This document shows, piece after piece, positions 31,272 to 42,678 of a stretch of DNA of 64,000 bases. Positions within the stretch are counted from its first letter, which is position 1, and each line of letters begins with the position of its first letter. The translations under genes were made by a program, and so were the position numbers. The notes under the pieces are model-generated. The model made no database searches. It was given only the letters and a program-made list of their open reading frames with translations, and was not told the origin of the DNA. This stretch comes from Synechococcus sp. (GTDB taxonomy: Bacteria > Cyanobacteriota > Cyanobacteriia > PCC-6307 > Cyanobiaceae): the NCBI GenBank assembly GCA_047285535.1, contig JBJBDC010000001.1, forward strand, positions 2,656,136 through 2,720,135. Direction: 5' to 3'.

Positions 31272-34178
31272 TCAGCGTCGAGCCAAGACAGAGACGCACC
31301 GACCACACAAGCTTGGATGGTCGCTGTGTTGACCGATGTCGTTTTCGTAGTGCCAGCAGCGCTCACACTTCTCACCCCGAGCCAGGGCAACTTCAATGGT
31401 GGCCAGCTCGTTATCATCGCTGCCAAGCAATTCAGCCCAGGGCTCGCCCCCGATTTGCAACTGGGACACCAGAAGCCAGTCTCGGAGGCCGTCCACGTCT
31501 TGATCACCATTGTTGAGGAGCCACTGGAGCGCGTCTTGGAGTGGTGGGTTCCGCGCTTCAATGCGGACGGCTGCTTCGAGTGATGCTCCTAGCTTCCTGT
31601 TACCTCGGCATTCTTCCAGCACTTTGTTCACCGCAGCGCGCAGTTCACGAAGCTCTTGCATTGGGCCGTTGAGGCTGTCATCGCGCCAAACCTCAGGCAC
31701 TGTGGGCCAGCCCCTCAGAAACACGGAATCAGCTCCAGTGGGATACGGGATGTTTTGCCAGATATCCTCAGCCATATGGCAAAGCACGGGGGCGATAGCT
31801 GCGGCGAGTCGTTCGATGATCAGGGCCATTACGGTCTGACAGCTGCGTCGCCTCCGGTCGGAGGGTGCACTGACGTAAAGCCTGTCTTTGGCAATGTCGA
31901 GGTAAAAGTTTGAGAGATCGGCGACGCAAAAGTTTTGCAGCAGCTGAAAAAATCGGAAAAATTCATAGCGTTCAAACGCTTCACTGATCTGGTCGAGTAC
32001 GCACGCTGTGCGCTGTAACATCCAGCGGTCGAGCAAAGGCAAATCACTGATGCCAATGGCATCACGGCTTGGATTGAAATCGTGCAGATTCCCTAGCAAG
32101 TAGCGAGAAGTGTTGCGCACCTTGCGATAGACGTCGGATAGCTGTCGAAGGATGCCAGCACCGATTGGTACGTCAGCCGAGTAATCCACTGAGCTCACCC
32201 AGAGCCTCAGTACGTCTGCGCCGTAGGCAGGTTCTTGTTTTTGATTTTTTCCGCCTTCGATGATCACCATCGGGTCGACGACATTGCCAAGTGATTTGCT
32301 CATCTTTCGGCCTTTTTCATCGAGGGCAAAGCCGTGGGTGAGCACGGTCCGATAGGGAGCTGCACCGTTGACTGCTACTGAGGTCAGTAGGGATGACTGA
32401 AACCAGCCGCGATGCTGATCCGATCCTTCTAGGTAAAGATCTGCGGGATAGCGGAGGTTCTCTTGTTGGCTCGACACGGCGGACCAGCTGGAGCCGGAAT
32501 CGAACCACACATCCATGGTGTCGGTGCCCTTACGCCAAAGATGTGCTTCTGCTTTGTGGCTGGATGGAAGGAGATCAACCTCATCTTTCTCCCACCAAAT
32601 GTCGGCTCCATGGTCAGCGATCAGCTTTTTGACATGGGCGATTGACTGGGCATTGAGCAGAACTTCGCCCGTCTCTCGCTGGTAAAAGACGGGAATAGGG
32701 ACACCCCAGGTTCGCTGACGGGAGATACACCAGTCGCCCCTTTCGGAGACCATGGATTCAATCCGGTTGCGGCCGGATGCCGGCAACCACTGGACTCCAT
32801 CAATAGCGGTGAGTGCTTCAGTTCGGAAACCTTCGACTGAGGCAAACCACTGCTCTGTGGCCCTGAAAATGGTTGGTTTTTTGGTTCGCCAATCGTAGGG
32901 ATAACGATGGCTGTAGTTTTCCTCAAGGAGCAGCGAACCGGAGTCTTTGAGTGCAGCGATGATCGCTGGATTGGCGTCCTTGAGCACGTTGAAGCCCTCG
33001 AAGGGTCCGGCTTCAGCGGTCATGGTGCCTTCTTCGTTCACCGGGCAAAGAATGGGCAAGCCATGTTTTCGGCCGGTGTTGAAATCATCCACGCCATGTC
33101 CAGGAGCGGTGTGGACCAAGCCGGTACCTGACTCCGTGGTGATGTACTCCCCACCTACGACGACGGCACTTTGGCGCTCCAGCAAAGGATGGCTGTAGGT
33201 GATGCCAGCAAGATCGCCCCCTTTAACAGTGGCTTTGGCTTGAAGGGAGCGCTGCAATTTGGTGGCGATGGAGTCGCATAGGTCTGCAGCCACGATCAGT
33301 AGTTGGCCGGTGCCGTCATCCGCGAGGCAGTAGTCGAGGCGATCGTTCACGGAGATCGCAAGGTTGGCGGGCAGCGTCCAGGGGGTGGTGGTCCAGATCG
33401 CGACCTTTAGGCATTGACTCAATGCGCTGCCGTCCGCGGGAAGATCCAATCCCTGTTCGTTGAGCTTATTTCGCAGGGCCTCGGGTAGTTCGACAACGGG
33501 AAACCCCACATAGACACTTGGGCTGGTGTGTCCGTCGGGATATTCGAGCTCGGCTTCTGCTAGGGCGGTGCGTGAACTGGGGCTCCAGTGCACTGGTTTA
33601 AGACCTCGGTAGATGTGACCTTTCAGCGCCATCGTTCCGAAGACGTCGATCTGTGCGGCTTCGTAGTCCTTCTGAAGTGTGAGATACGGGTGATCCCAGT
33701 CAGCCCAAATGCCCCAGCGCTTGAAGCCTGCCATTTGTTGTTCAACTTGCTTTCGGGCGTATGCGGCAGCCTTTTTGCGTAACTTGATCGGCGTGAGTGA
33801 TTGGCGCTGCTCCTGATTCATGGCCTGGAGCACCTTGAGCTCAATCGGAAGGCCATGACAGTCCCAGCCTGGAACGAAACGCACCTTTCGCCCCTGCATG
33901 AGTCGGTGTTTGTTGATGATGTCTTTCAGCACCTTGTTGAGGGCATGACCCATGTGCAAGGCGCCATTGGCATAGGGGGGGCCGTCATGCAGGGTGAAGA
34001 TCGGGCCGGGATTCTGTCGTCCCAGTTCCAGATCGATCCCTTTCTCTTTCCAGAAGGCTTGGAGATCCGGTTCGCGGCGGGTGGCATTGGCACGCATGCC
34101 AAACCCCGTCTCCAGCAGGTTGAGGGTGTCTTTGTAAGACGGACGCTTCTCAGCCTCCTGGCCTGTCTGCTGGGTCAA
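31272..34178 (-). CDS. ileS: Isoleucyl-tRNA synthetase
   Basis: [26 protein letters not shown]-terminal CERCW..C..C zinc motif; TTG start at 34178 inferred. Confidence 0.98.
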   Translation of the reverse strand: MTQQTGQEAEKRPSYKDTLNLLETGFGMRANATRREPDLQAFWKEKGIDLELGRQNPGPIFTLHDGPPYANGALHMGHALNKVLKDIINKHRLMQGRKVRFVPGWDCHGLPIELKVLQAMNQEQRQSLTPIKLRKKAAAYARKQVEQQMAGFKRWGIWADWDHPYLTLQKDYEAAQIDVFGTMALKGHIYRGLKPVHWSPSSRTALAEAELEYPDGHTSPSVYVGFPVVELPEALRNKLNEQGLDLPADGSALSQCLKVAIWTTTPWTLPANLAISVNDRLDYCLADDGTGQLLIVAADLCDSIATKLQRSLQAKATVKGGDLAGITYSHPLLERQSAVVVGGEYITTESGTGLVHTAPGHGVDDFNTGRKHGLPILCPVNEEGTMTAEAGPFEGFNVLKDANPAIIAALKDSGSLLLEENYSHRYPYDWRTKKPTIFRATEQWFASVEGFRTEALTAIDGVQWLPASGRNRIESMVSERGDWCISRQRTWGVPIPVFYQRETGEVLLNAQSIAHVKKLIADHGADIWWEKDEVDLLPSSHKAEAHLWRKGTDTMDVWFDSGSSWSAVSSQQENLRYPADLYLEGSDQHRGWFQSSLLTSVAVNGAAPYRTVLTHGFALDEKGRKMSKSLGNVVDPMVIIEGGKNQKQEPAYGADVLRLWVSSVDYSADVPIGAGILRQLSDVYRKVRNTSRYLLGNLHDFNPSRDAIGISDLPLLDRWMLQRTACVLDQISEAFERYEFFRFFQLLQNFCVADLSNFYLDIAKDRLYVSAPSDRRRRSCQTVMALIIERLAAAIAPVLCHMAEDIWQNIPYPTGADSVFLRGWPTVPEVWRDDSLNGPMQELRELRAAVNKVLEECRGNRKLGASLEAAVRIEARNPPLQDALQWLLNNGDQDVDGLRDWLLVSQLQIGGEPWAELLGSDDNELATIEVALARGEKCERCWHYENDIGQHSDHPSLCGRCVSVLARR

Positions 34179-34203
34179 GTTGGCGCTGCAGCAAAGGGGA
34201 TTA

Positions 34204-35013
34204 TCAGTCTTCGTCGGTGCGGGTGGCGTCAGCGTTGTGGGGAGTGGAGTCTGTTTCAGTGTCTGTACTGCTTTCTGAGCTGTTGGTTGGGATCGTGTTC
34301 GTCTCACTGACTTCGCTCTTATGGTCGTCGTTCTTGGACGCGTCGTTGTTCGACGTTGAACGAGATCCACTGGTTGTCAGTATTTCGTCTTGGCTCTCGG
34401 GACGTAACGTGCTTGCAGTCGACTGTTCTGTTCTGTCGGGATTGGTCGTTTTTTCGTCGGACGACTCTGCTGTTGATTGAGCATCCTGGCTTTCGATAGG
34501 TCTGTCGGCTGTCACGAGGGCTTGGACGAGGTGGTCTTCGTCGTCTTCTTTGTCCTCATTGCTGCTTTGTCGATCAACGTCAGGGGCTGTGGATGTTTCC
34601 TCAGGGCGCACCCAACGTTTATTGCTTCCTGTTTTGGCCGCTGGCTTCAGGCTCTTGAGAGTCTCAGTTGTGGCGCTAACAAGGCTGGCGAAAATAATTT
34701 TTAATTGCTGGATGCTCGTGGCCCAGCGTTCACGAGAGCTCAGCCTTTGTCGCTCTTCATCGCTGAGTTGATGCCAGCGCGCCTGACCAACTTCCGCCCC
34801 TAGTCGGCTGATCAGCAAACCAGCGCAGGCCACGCCCAGCATGGGAGCACCCCGCAACCGGTCACTGCTCGTGATGAGGACCAGACCAAGCATGAGGACA
34901 ACGGCTCCCCAGGCACCATCGCGTGGGCGACTGAGCTCTGTGGCTAGCAGTGGAAGCAGCAAAACCGCAAGACCCACCAGCAAGCAGATGTCTCCAGTAA
35001 GAGTGGCCAGCAT
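34204..35013 (-). CDS. ycf66: Ycf66 family protein with long acidic tail
   Basis: ELSRPRD.AW..LGLVL..SDRLRG N-terminal membrane domain. Confidence 0.8.
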   Translation of the reverse strand: MLATLTGDICLLVGLAVLLLPLLATELSRPRDGAWGAVVLMLGLVLITSSDRLRGAPMLGVACAGLLISRLGAEVGQARWHQLSDEERQRLSSRERWATSIQQLKIIFASLVSATTETLKSLKPAAKTGSNKRWVRPEETSTAPDVDRQSSNEDKEDDEDHLVQALVTADRPIESQDAQSTAESSDEKTTNPDRTEQSTASTLRPESQDEILTTSGSRSTSNNDASKNDDHKSEVSETNTIPTNSSESSTDTETDSTPHNADATRTDED

Positions 35014-35071
35014 CGATCTGTGGAGGCTCGAAGTTGTCTACATTCTGGGTCGATGTATAAAATTCGTTCTT

Positions 35072-35153
35072 GCCCATCTGGCGGAATTGGTAGACGCGCT
35101 GGTTTTAGGTACCAGTGACTTCGGTTGTGCGAGTTCAAGTCTCGCGGTGGGCA
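35072..35153 (+). tRNA. tRNA-Leu(TAG)
   Basis: GCCCATC/GGTGGGC acceptor, GGCGGAATTGGTAGACGC, anticodon arm CTGGT-TTTAGGT-ACCAG, long variable arm, GTTCAAGTC. Confidence 0.97.
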
Positions 35154-35789
35154 TGTAACTGATTCCGATCATTGAGTGACTATCGATAGGCCTGGCTGAT
35201 TGAAACGCCTCCTTTTGTCTTGGTGGGTCCAGGGCGACTGTGCTTCTTGCTTCTCTTCTGTTGAGAGATGAAAAATCTTTTTACTTGATTTATTAATTGT
35301 AGTCAAATCAGGCTTTAATTCAACAGCTTGTCAGATTGATGGCTTAGTTGTTGACATAAAGTATGCCAATTTGCCCGTTTAGTCTTGATTGTTTTGATGG
35401 TTGGCTAGAGCCTGAATGGCGTTATTTTTTGTGCTCTGATCTCTGGGTGCTGGACGATTCAGGACGTTCGACGACTCCTCCGGTCTCTTCGCTGAGTTGA
35501 GTGTTGACCATCTGTACGCCTACAGCCAGTATTCCAAGTAAGCCAAGTAGAGCAAAAATCCACATGTTGAGTCAGGGTGTAGGAGTTGGTTAACGGTGAA
35601 ACAGAGTGAGTCAGTAAGTCCAAACGGCACATTGCATGCTTCTCATTATTGAATATTTGTGCTTGTGTAAAAAGACTTAAAAGGAAATCTTGAGCTGAAT
35701 CAAGGCTCATCAGAGCTCTACGCTGCCTTGAAAAGGGTGTGCATCTCTTTTGATTTGATCTATGGTCAGTCGTGTGTTGCTTAGGGCTG

Positions 35790-35808
35790 CAAGTCTCGAG
35801 GTCAGCAT
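35790..35808 (+). repeat. Degenerate direct repeat of the tRNA-Leu 3' end (putative att site)
   Basis: CAAGTCTCGAGGTCAGCAT versus CAAGTCTCGCGGTGGGCAT (35136-35154): 16/19 identical. Confidence 0.6.
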
Positions 35809-35862
35809 TCCCTTGCCTAGATTGGCAAAACTCGCTGGTCCAGGCGGCATAAGAACCTTGTA

Positions 35863-36882
35863 ATGACTCAGGCACTGGCACAACCGGAGACTGCGGGATC
35901 GTCACCTCGACTTCGCTCAGTGCCTAAGGAGTTTTTAGACCCTCCTTCTGCTTGGAATCCCACGGTTGCTCTGTTCTTAGGTGGCTATGGGTTGGCGGCT
36001 TTGTCGATATGGGGCTGGTTTTTTGGTGGCTGGCCGCTGCCATTGCTTTTGATTTGTGGCTTCTTGGCCCTGCATTTGGAGGGGACCGTCGTTCACGATG
36101 CCTGTCATAAAGCCGCTCATCCTGTCCCTTGGCTCAACCAGGCGATGGGGCATGGATCTGCGTTGTTGTTGGGATTTAGTTTCCCTGTGTTCACTCGGGT
36201 GCATCTGCAGCATCACTCTCATGTCAATGATCCCAAGAATGATCCGGATCACATTGTTAGTACATTCGGGCCTCTCTGGTTAATTGCGCCAAGGTTTTTT
36301 TATCACGAGTTTTTCTTTTTTCAGCGCAAGCTTTGGAAACCCTGGGAGCTGATGCAGTGGGGATTTGAGCGGTCAGTTTTTTTTACGGTCATTGTTGCAG
36401 CGATTCGTTTTGATTTTTTGCCATTCATATTTAATTGTTGGTTTGCGCCCGCCCTGATGGTCGGTGTCACCTTGGGATTGTTTTTTGATTACCTGCCCCA
36501 TCGTCCATTCTTGTCAAGAAATCGTTGGCAGAATGCGCGTGTTTATCCCGGCCGAACCATGAATTGGTTGATTATGGGGCAAAATTATCATTTGGTACAC
36601 CATCTTTGGCCTTCCATCCCTTGGTTTGAGTACAAACCAGCCTATGAAGCGACCAAGCCTCTTCTTGATGCTAAGGATTCGCCTCAGAGGCTTGGGATCT
36701 TTGAAACTCGTTCTGATGTTATTAATTTTCTCTATGACATTCTGATTGGAGTTCGTAGTCACAAACCTAGAGGAAGCAAAATGAGGCCGATTGCGAAACT
36801 TCTGCCAAGTCGGCGTATGCGTCGAGCTTGGCTCTCTCTACTTCGCCGCACCGCCGTAACTCCTGCGCGGCAGAATTATTGA
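35863..36882 (+). CDS. crtR: Beta-carotene hydroxylase
   Basis: Histidine boxes HDACH, HLQHH, HLVHH; WNPTVALF, FFDYLPHRPF. Confidence 0.95.
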   Translation: MTQALAQPETAGSSPRLRSVPKEFLDPPSAWNPTVALFLGGYGLAALSIWGWFFGGWPLPLLLICGFLALHLEGTVVHDACHKAAHPVPWLNQAMGHGSALLLGFSFPVFTRVHLQHHSHVNDPKNDPDHIVSTFGPLWLIAPRFFYHEFFFFQRKLWKPWELMQWGFERSVFFTVIVAAIRFDFLPFIFNCWFAPALMVGVTLGLFFDYLPHRPFLSRNRWQNARVYPGRTMNWLIMGQNYHLVHHLWPSIPWFEYKPAYEATKPLLDAKDSPQRLGIFETRSDVINFLYDILIGVRSHKPRGSKMRPIAKLLPSRRMRRAWLSLLRRTAVTPARQNY

Positions 36883-36929
36883 TTGGGTCATGATGGCTAA
36901 TGATTGATCTCGTTGATGCTTTTTAGGAA

Positions 36930-37217
36930 TTAAATAATTTTTGGGACTCGGAAGAAGTCGCCTTCCCGTTGAGGTGCTTGGTCCAATATTTCCTGGCGAA
37001 CATCTGTGGGGACCACGGTGTCCTCTCGAGTTGCATTGATCACTTCCACTGCACGTGTGGTGGGTGGAATTCCCTCGGTATCAACTGCCTGGAGTTGATC
37101 CACATAATCAAGAATTCTCTCAAGCTGTCCTGTATAGGTGGCGATGGTCTCTTCCGGTAAATCAAGGCGGGCAAGCTTGGCCACCTTGCGTACATCGTCA
37201 GCGTTGATTTTGCTCAT
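36930..37217 (-). CDS. gatC: Asp/Glu-tRNA amidotransferase subunit C
   Basis: [26 protein letters not shown]. Confidence 0.96.
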   Translation of the reverse strand: MSKINADDVRKVAKLARLDLPEETIATYTGQLERILDYVDQLQAVDTEGIPPTTRAVEVINATREDTVVPTDVRQEILDQAPQREGDFFRVPKII

Positions 37218-38002
37218 GCGGCGCAGAGGAAGGTTTCAAGATCTTCGCGCAGTGACGTTACGGCTGTATCCAGCAACTGGGCTCCATGCTCTGGCTTCGC
37301 GAGAAATGGATCCGAGCCCATCCGGCCATCGGGATAGCGACGGCGAAAATCGGCTGGGCCGTGAATGGCTCCGCATGGGGCTGGTTCAGGTAGGGGCCTT
37401 TGCTTGGCAATCAGGCTGTCGTGAAGGTGGAGAGTCACGGCGATTTCGCTGGGGGTGGCGTGTTGGCCTTCACGATCGCCATACAGCTCTCGTGCTTGGC
37501 GCATCACAGGCCCTGCCATAAACCAGTTCGAGAGTCTGCAGCGCAGTTTGGAAGCCACCGGAAGTCCTCTGCTGGCGGCCGTTCCATAGGCCTGGGCAAA
37601 GGCTGCTTTGGTCGTGGCCATGTTGCCTCCATGGCCATTCACTACATAGATTCGCTCGAACCCATGGGTGGCCAAGGACAACACAAGGTCATGCATGACC
37701 GCCATCAAGGTGGCCGGCTGAAGACTCATCGTGCCCGGGAACCCTAGATGGTGTTCGGCCATGCCATAGGCCTGAGCTGGCGTAACCAGCACTCCACTGC
37801 AGCGACCTAGCTCCAGTGCCACCGCTTCTGCGGTGATGGCATCAGTCCCAATGGCACCGGTGGGTCCGTGCTGTTCGGTGGAGCCCAAAGGGATGATGAT
37901 CCCTTGGCAGCATTTCAAGTAGGTCTCAACATCAGGCCAACTCTGGAGAGTCAAACGAATGGCTTCGGTGTTGGCTGCTGGGCCAGGCAGGGTGGCGGTC
38001 AT
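37214..38002 (-). CDS. Creatininase/amidohydrolase family protein
   Basis: GSTEQHG..GTD, EHH..FPGT, NGHGGN, HA..SE metal motifs. Confidence 0.9.
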   Translation of the reverse strand: MTATLPGPAANTEAIRLTLQSWPDVETYLKCCQGIIIPLGSTEQHGPTGAIGTDAITAEAVALELGRCSGVLVTPAQAYGMAEHHLGFPGTMSLQPATLMAVMHDLVLSLATHGFERIYVVNGHGGNMATTKAAFAQAYGTAASRGLPVASKLRCRLSNWFMAGPVMRQARELYGDREGQHATPSEIAVTLHLHDSLIAKQRPLPEPAPCGAIHGPADFRRRYPDGRMGSDPFLAKPEHGAQLLDTAVTSLREDLETFLCAA

Positions 38003-38043
38003 GCCATCTCGATCATTGGCTTGATGATCGCTCAGCTCGCGCC

Positions 38044-38187
38044 TTAGTGCGCTGAGCCGTTGCCGTCGTACTTATCTGTGTTGTAGTACCCGCCTCTGGT
38101 GCCGAAGTAGAAGGTGGCGAGTACAAACAGACCGCTGCCGAAGACCAAGACGGTCCCAAGATTGAATCCAGAGAGAGCTGCGTCCAT
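38044..38187 (-). CDS. ndhP: NDH-1L complex subunit NdhP
   Basis: 47 aa, one TM helix then FGTRGGYYNTDKYDGNGSAH, matching the NdhP C-terminal signature. Confidence 0.85.
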   Translation of the reverse strand: MDAALSGFNLGTVLVFGSGLFVLATFYFGTRGGYYNTDKYDGNGSAH

Positions 38188-38274
38188 GCTTGGCCGATGA
38201 AGGATCCAATCATGACAAGCTTCTGAGCTGTCAATCAACTTGATGGGCTGATCATCACAGCCGAGGCAGTTGTG

Positions 38275-39006
38275 TTATGGAATGATCTCGCTGCCGTCGC
38301 CTTGAACATCAAGCCAATCGCGTAACCAGTCAGTGAGCCAGATGAAGGGAAGGGTGTCAGCCAAAGCCGCCACAGCTTTGAACAGATACCCGCTGGCAAT
38401 AAATGCGCCCAGCTGGGGCAGTACCGCTTCCCCAGCTCGGATGGGCAGCACATGAGCGGCGTAGTGGCTGATGAACACTACGGCACTGGTGTCCACCAAT
38501 TGGCTGATTAGGGTAGATCCATTGTTGCGGAGCCAGAGGGCTTTGCCATTGGTACGTGCTTTCCAGAAATGGAACAAACGCACATCCACGAATTGGGCTG
38601 TGAGGTAGGCCACCATCGAAGCTCCGACGGACCCGAAAGCCAAGTGTTGAATCTCGAAAAATGTTGACTCGGGTGCGCCTTCGAGGCCAGGCATGAGGCC
38701 TCCAATCCACAGAATCAACACCACCCAACCATTGAGTAAGAGACCCACCCACACCACCTGGGTGGCTTTCTCCTCTCCCCACAGCTCACTAATTAAATCC
38801 GTGCACAGAAAGGTGACCGGATAGGGAAGGGCACCAACAGCTACCACGATAGGCCAGGATCCAATGTGGCCCAGGGCCAGGAATCGGGTCAGCCCGAGAA
38901 TGTTGAGCATTCCCAGCGTGCCGAGGAAGAGTCCTGCCAGCACCAGAAATGCCAGGTCTCGCCTGGCCTTGATCTTGTCTGTTGTGGTTGTTGGTGATGC
39001 CGACAT
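38275..39006 (-). CDS. Queuosine precursor transporter (YhhQ/VUT family)
   Basis: YPVTFLCTDLISELWG, ASMVAYLTAQFVDV, WLRNNGSTLISQLVDT. Confidence 0.9.
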   Translation of the reverse strand: MSASPTTTTDKIKARRDLAFLVLAGLFLGTLGMLNILGLTRFLALGHIGSWPIVVAVGALPYPVTFLCTDLISELWGEEKATQVVWVGLLLNGWVVLILWIGGLMPGLEGAPESTFFEIQHLAFGSVGASMVAYLTAQFVDVRLFHFWKARTNGKALWLRNNGSTLISQLVDTSAVVFISHYAAHVLPIRAGEAVLPQLGAFIASGYLFKAVAALADTLPFIWLTDWLRDWLDVQGDGSEIIP

Positions 39007-39482
39007 GGATGTGTCGTGAACATGGCATGTATTGGCGCAAGAGAGTGAATCGAGTCGCCATCTTTTGTGACCTTTTGGATGAAAGGATTGTTTCGTTAGC
39101 ACCAGCCAGAATGATGTTGTCTTACTGAAGATGGCCGCTGTTCGCAAACAGCGAATTGAACAACGGTCTGGGTTGGTCTGTCGTGAAATCCCATCATCTC
39201 ACTAGCAATGGCATGAGTCACTTGAAGACATCCTCAGCAGTATTGGTTGCTCAAACAGATGAGGAATGGCGAGAACCTTGCTGGTGTAGCTGATCGCTGC
39301 CTCTGTCAAAACAAGGGAAGCTTTCTTCTTTTCAGAGGCATCGATGCTCTGGTGGCTGCTTTAGGGTTTGAGCGAAATGTGTAGAAAGAGTTGAAAAGAT
39401 TCGCGGTGATCAGTCTGAGCTTGCGTTGACAGAGTTATGAGAAAAGGAGTGTTGAGACGTCATCCCAATCGGCACTTATTAC

Positions 39483-40109
39483 CTGCAAGCCCAAGAGTGT
39501 CCAGCCCTCCCTCAAAGCTTCTTTTGCCGAGCGGCGGCGGTGGTGGGTCCTGACCTGGTGGGCTGCAGGTTGGTGAGACGCCAACCCAATGGTGAGTTGC
39601 TTTGGGGGGTGATTGTGGAAACGGAGGCGTATTCCCAGGAGGAGCCCGCGTGCCACGGCTACCGCAGGCGCTCACCTCAGAACGAAACGCTTTTTGGAGA
39701 GCCTGGTCGTTTCTATGTGTATGTGAGCTATGGCATCCACCACTGCGTGAATGTGGTCACCGATCGCCCCGAATGGGCGAATGGAGTGTTGCTTCGCGCA
39801 GTAGCGCTTCCTGACGAACCAGTGCGGGTGGCGGCGGGTCCTGGTTTGCTCTCGCGGCGCTTTGAAATCAGCCGTTGTCATGACAACACCTCGGCTTGTG
39901 GTGAGAATGAATTGTGGTTGGCCCCTCGGCCTGCCGTTCTCAACAGCCTTGAGTTTGTGACCACCACGCGGATCGGAATTTCTCAGGCGCAGGATTTGCC
40001 CTGGCGTTGGTACTTAAAGGCCTCACGCAGTGTTAGTCGGCGTGCCCGTGGTGATCGTCTTCCCACATGGGATGAGGCTTTGATCCCAACGCAGGAGTGG
40101 TTGCAATGA
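39483..40109 (+). CDS. mpg: 3-methyladenine DNA glycosylase (AAG/MPG type); start codon uncertain
   Basis: [45 protein letters not shown]. Confidence 0.9.
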   Translation: MQAQECPALPQSFFCRAAAVVGPDLVGCRLVRRQPNGELLWGVIVETEAYSQEEPACHGYRRRSPQNETLFGEPGRFYVYVSYGIHHCVNVVTDRPEWANGVLLRAVALPDEPVRVAAGPGLLSRRFEISRCHDNTSACGENELWLAPRPAVLNSLEFVTTTRIGISQAQDLPWRWYLKASRSVSRRARGDRLPTWDEALIPTQEWLQ

Positions 40110-41155
40110 GTGCCTGGTCGCACCGGCATGTGCTCGATTTGGCCTCTTTCTCACGCGATGACCTCTCGATCGTGATGGAGCTTGCGCATCGTTTTCGCTC
40201 GATGCCCGTTACGGGTGCGCGCAAATTGCCGGCATTGCAGGGGCGATTGGTGGCCACCCTGTTTTTTGAGCCCAGCACGCGTACGCGCAGCAGTTTTGAA
40301 TTAGCCGCAAAGAGGTTATCCGCTGATGTTCAGAGTTTTTCTCCCTCTAGCAGCTCCCTCAGCAAAGGAGAATCGCTGCTGGATACAGCACGCACCTATG
40401 TAGCCATGGGAGCTGATGTGTTGGTCATCCGTCACCGCTGCACGGATGTACCGGCTCAGTTGGCTGCAGAGTTAGATCAGGCTGGAGAGCGAACCGTTGT
40501 GCTGAATGGTGGTGATGGTCAGCACAGCCACCCCAGTCAGGGATTGCTTGATCTTTATACCCTTGCGCATCATTTTGAACATCGCCATCCTCAGCCCAAT
40601 GCTTTGCAGGGCAAACGCATTGTGATTGTGGGCGATGTTCTGCATTCACGCGTGGCTCGCTCCAACCTATGGGCGCTCAGTGCTTGTGGAGCTGATGTGG
40701 TGCTTTGCGGGCCAGCAAGTCTGGTCCCGGATGCGTTTGCTGCCTTTTTGGATGCCCCTCCGAGAGGGCAAGATGTTGATCCCGTTCATCAACGTGGAAC
40801 GGTTCAGATCAGCCGATGTCTTGATGATTGTCTTTCTGGCGCTGATGCAGTGATGACCTTGCGTTTGCAGAAAGAGCGCATGACTGATCATCTACTCACG
40901 GATCTCAACCGTTATCACCGTGACTATGGGCTGACGCATGAGCGCCTGCGCCGCTGTGGATGTGCCATTCCTGTGCTCCATCCAGGCCCCGTGAATCGAG
41001 GCGTTGAAATGAGCGGCGCCCTTTTGGATGACCGCTCGATCTGCTTGGTGGAGGATCAGGTCAGGAATGGAATCCCAATTCGCATGGCGTTGCTCTATTT
41101 GATGGCAGCTTCAGAGCCCGTGGTGGAATCAGCCAGTAACTCGGCATCTTCCTGA
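40106..41155 (+). CDS. pyrB: Aspartate carbamoyltransferase catalytic subunit
   Basis: [39 protein letters not shown]. Confidence 0.98.
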   Translation: MSAWSHRHVLDLASFSRDDLSIVMELAHRFRSMPVTGARKLPALQGRLVATLFFEPSTRTRSSFELAAKRLSADVQSFSPSSSSLSKGESLLDTARTYVAMGADVLVIRHRCTDVPAQLAAELDQAGERTVVLNGGDGQHSHPSQGLLDLYTLAHHFEHRHPQPNALQGKRIVIVGDVLHSRVARSNLWALSACGADVVLCGPASLVPDAFAAFLDAPPRGQDVDPVHQRGTVQISRCLDDCLSGADAVMTLRLQKERMTDHLLTDLNRYHRDYGLTHERLRRCGCAIPVLHPGPVNRGVEMSGALLDDRSICLVEDQVRNGIPIRMALLYLMAASEPVVESASNSASS

Positions 41156-42609
41156 GCAGAAAGACCTGATATGGCATTGGAGTAGTAATCCATTGCTGCT
41201 CTTAAAGCAGCGTCTGGTGAGGCAATCGATGGACTGTTAGCCGTATTCATTGGGAATGGGGCATCTGGTGCATCAAGGCCAATGTGCTGACTTGGCATTC
41301 CAGTGAGCAACATGGAGGCTCTTTTCTGTGAGACCACAGCGAACATCCATTTGATGATTAGCGACCAACGATTTTCACGTTCGGGCATGAAGGCTAAATG
41401 GGCAACGGCCCAAAGGATCCAGCCAGGAGTTCCAGAAAATTTGAAGCCGCGCAGATCAGCCACTGCCGCAACCCGATCCAGTACCGCCATGCTGCCGAAG
41501 TCGAACCATTTGAAGGTCGGCCGGGTGCTTCCATTGATCATCGCGGCAATGTCTTTGCCGACAAAGCCTCCGGCTTGTGTTGCCGGGCCTGCCATGCCGG
41601 GTAGGGGATTGCCATTGGCTGTGTGTTTGAAGCTGCAGAGGTCTCCGACAACCCGAATCTCGGGATGGTCTTTGACGCTGAAGTCGGGTTCGACAATCAC
41701 CCGTCCGCGACGATCTAATTCACAATTGATTGAATCTGCAAGGGTTTTCCCTAGATGAGAGGGGCGAACTCCTGCTGTCCAGATCACTGTTGCAGCTTGA
41801 ATTGTCTTGTCTCCATCTGGAGTGCTAACGGTGACTTCTCCAGGCTGCATGCGTTGAACGCGACCTTTGAACAGGGTTTCCACCCCAAGCGTCTCCAGGG
41901 TCTTTTGAGCAGAGACCGACAACGACTCAGGCATCGCTCGCAACAAGCGATCACCCGGGTCGATCACAATGATTCGAGTGTCATCAGGGTTGAGCTGTTT
42001 GAACTCGCGTCGCATGGCGTTGCGCATCAATTCAGATGAGGCCCCCGCCATTTCGCAGCCTGTAGCCCCACCTCCCACAATCACGACAGTCTGAAGGAAT
42101 TTGCGCGAGGCTGGATCTGGTGTTTGTTCCGCTTGTTCCATCGCCATCAGCAAGCGACGGCGAATTTCTTCGGCGTGCTCAAGGATTTTCATTGGAGGCG
42201 CGAAGGGACGCCATTCTTCATGGCCGAAATACGTACTACCTGATCCAGTTGCGAGTACTAAATGGTCATAGGTCAAAGCCTTGCCACCAAAAACAATTTG
42301 TCTTTTATTGGCATCCAGTCCGGTGACTTCACCAAGCAAGACTTGAACATTCTGCTGCTTGCCAACGAGCTGCCGCAGTGGTGTCGAGACATCCCCACTT
42401 GAGACCAGGCCTGTCGCTACTTGATAAAGGAGAGGTTGAAACAGGTTGAAGTTGCGCTTGTCGATCAAGGTGACGCGCACATCTGACTTTGCAAGAGCTT
42501 TGCAGGCTCGCACTCCCGCAAAGCCGCCACCCACAATCACAACATGTGGGGCATCGCGAAGACGTTCCTCGGGCGGTTCGAGCTCGAGAAAGAAATGATC
42601 AGCAGCCAT
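41095..42609 (-). CDS. Type II NADH dehydrogenase (FAD-dependent)
   Basis: [42 protein letters not shown]. Confidence 0.9.
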   Translation of the reverse strand: MAADHFFLELEPPEERLRDAPHVVIVGGGFAGVRACKALAKSDVRVTLIDKRNFNLFQPLLYQVATGLVSSGDVSTPLRQLVGKQQNVQVLLGEVTGLDANKRQIVFGGKALTYDHLVLATGSGSTYFGHEEWRPFAPPMKILEHAEEIRRRLLMAMEQAEQTPDPASRKFLQTVVIVGGGATGCEMAGASSELMRNAMRREFKQLNPDDTRIIVIDPGDRLLRAMPESLSVSAQKTLETLGVETLFKGRVQRMQPGEVTVSTPDGDKTIQAATVIWTAGVRPSHLGKTLADSINCELDRRGRVIVEPDFSVKDHPEIRVVGDLCSFKHTANGNPLPGMAGPATQAGGFVGKDIAAMINGSTRPTFKWFDFGSMAVLDRVAAVADLRGFKFSGTPGWILWAVAHLAFMPERENRWSLIIKWMFAVVSQKRASMLLTGMPSQHIGLDAPDAPFPMNTANSPSIASPDAALRAAMDYYSNAISGLSAQEDAELLADSTTGSEAAIK

Positions 42610-42678
42610 GTCCCAACCAACACAGATCTGTTCTAAGGGTATGGATTCCGTTCGAGATTGTCTTTGTTTGTGAGTTCT

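Noticed and set aside
39270..39315. AGCTACACC on the minus strand upstream of the queuosine precursor transporter, reminiscent of a preQ1-I riboswitch loop
   Set aside because: No flanking P1 stem or A-rich tail, and it lies about 280 bp from the start codon.
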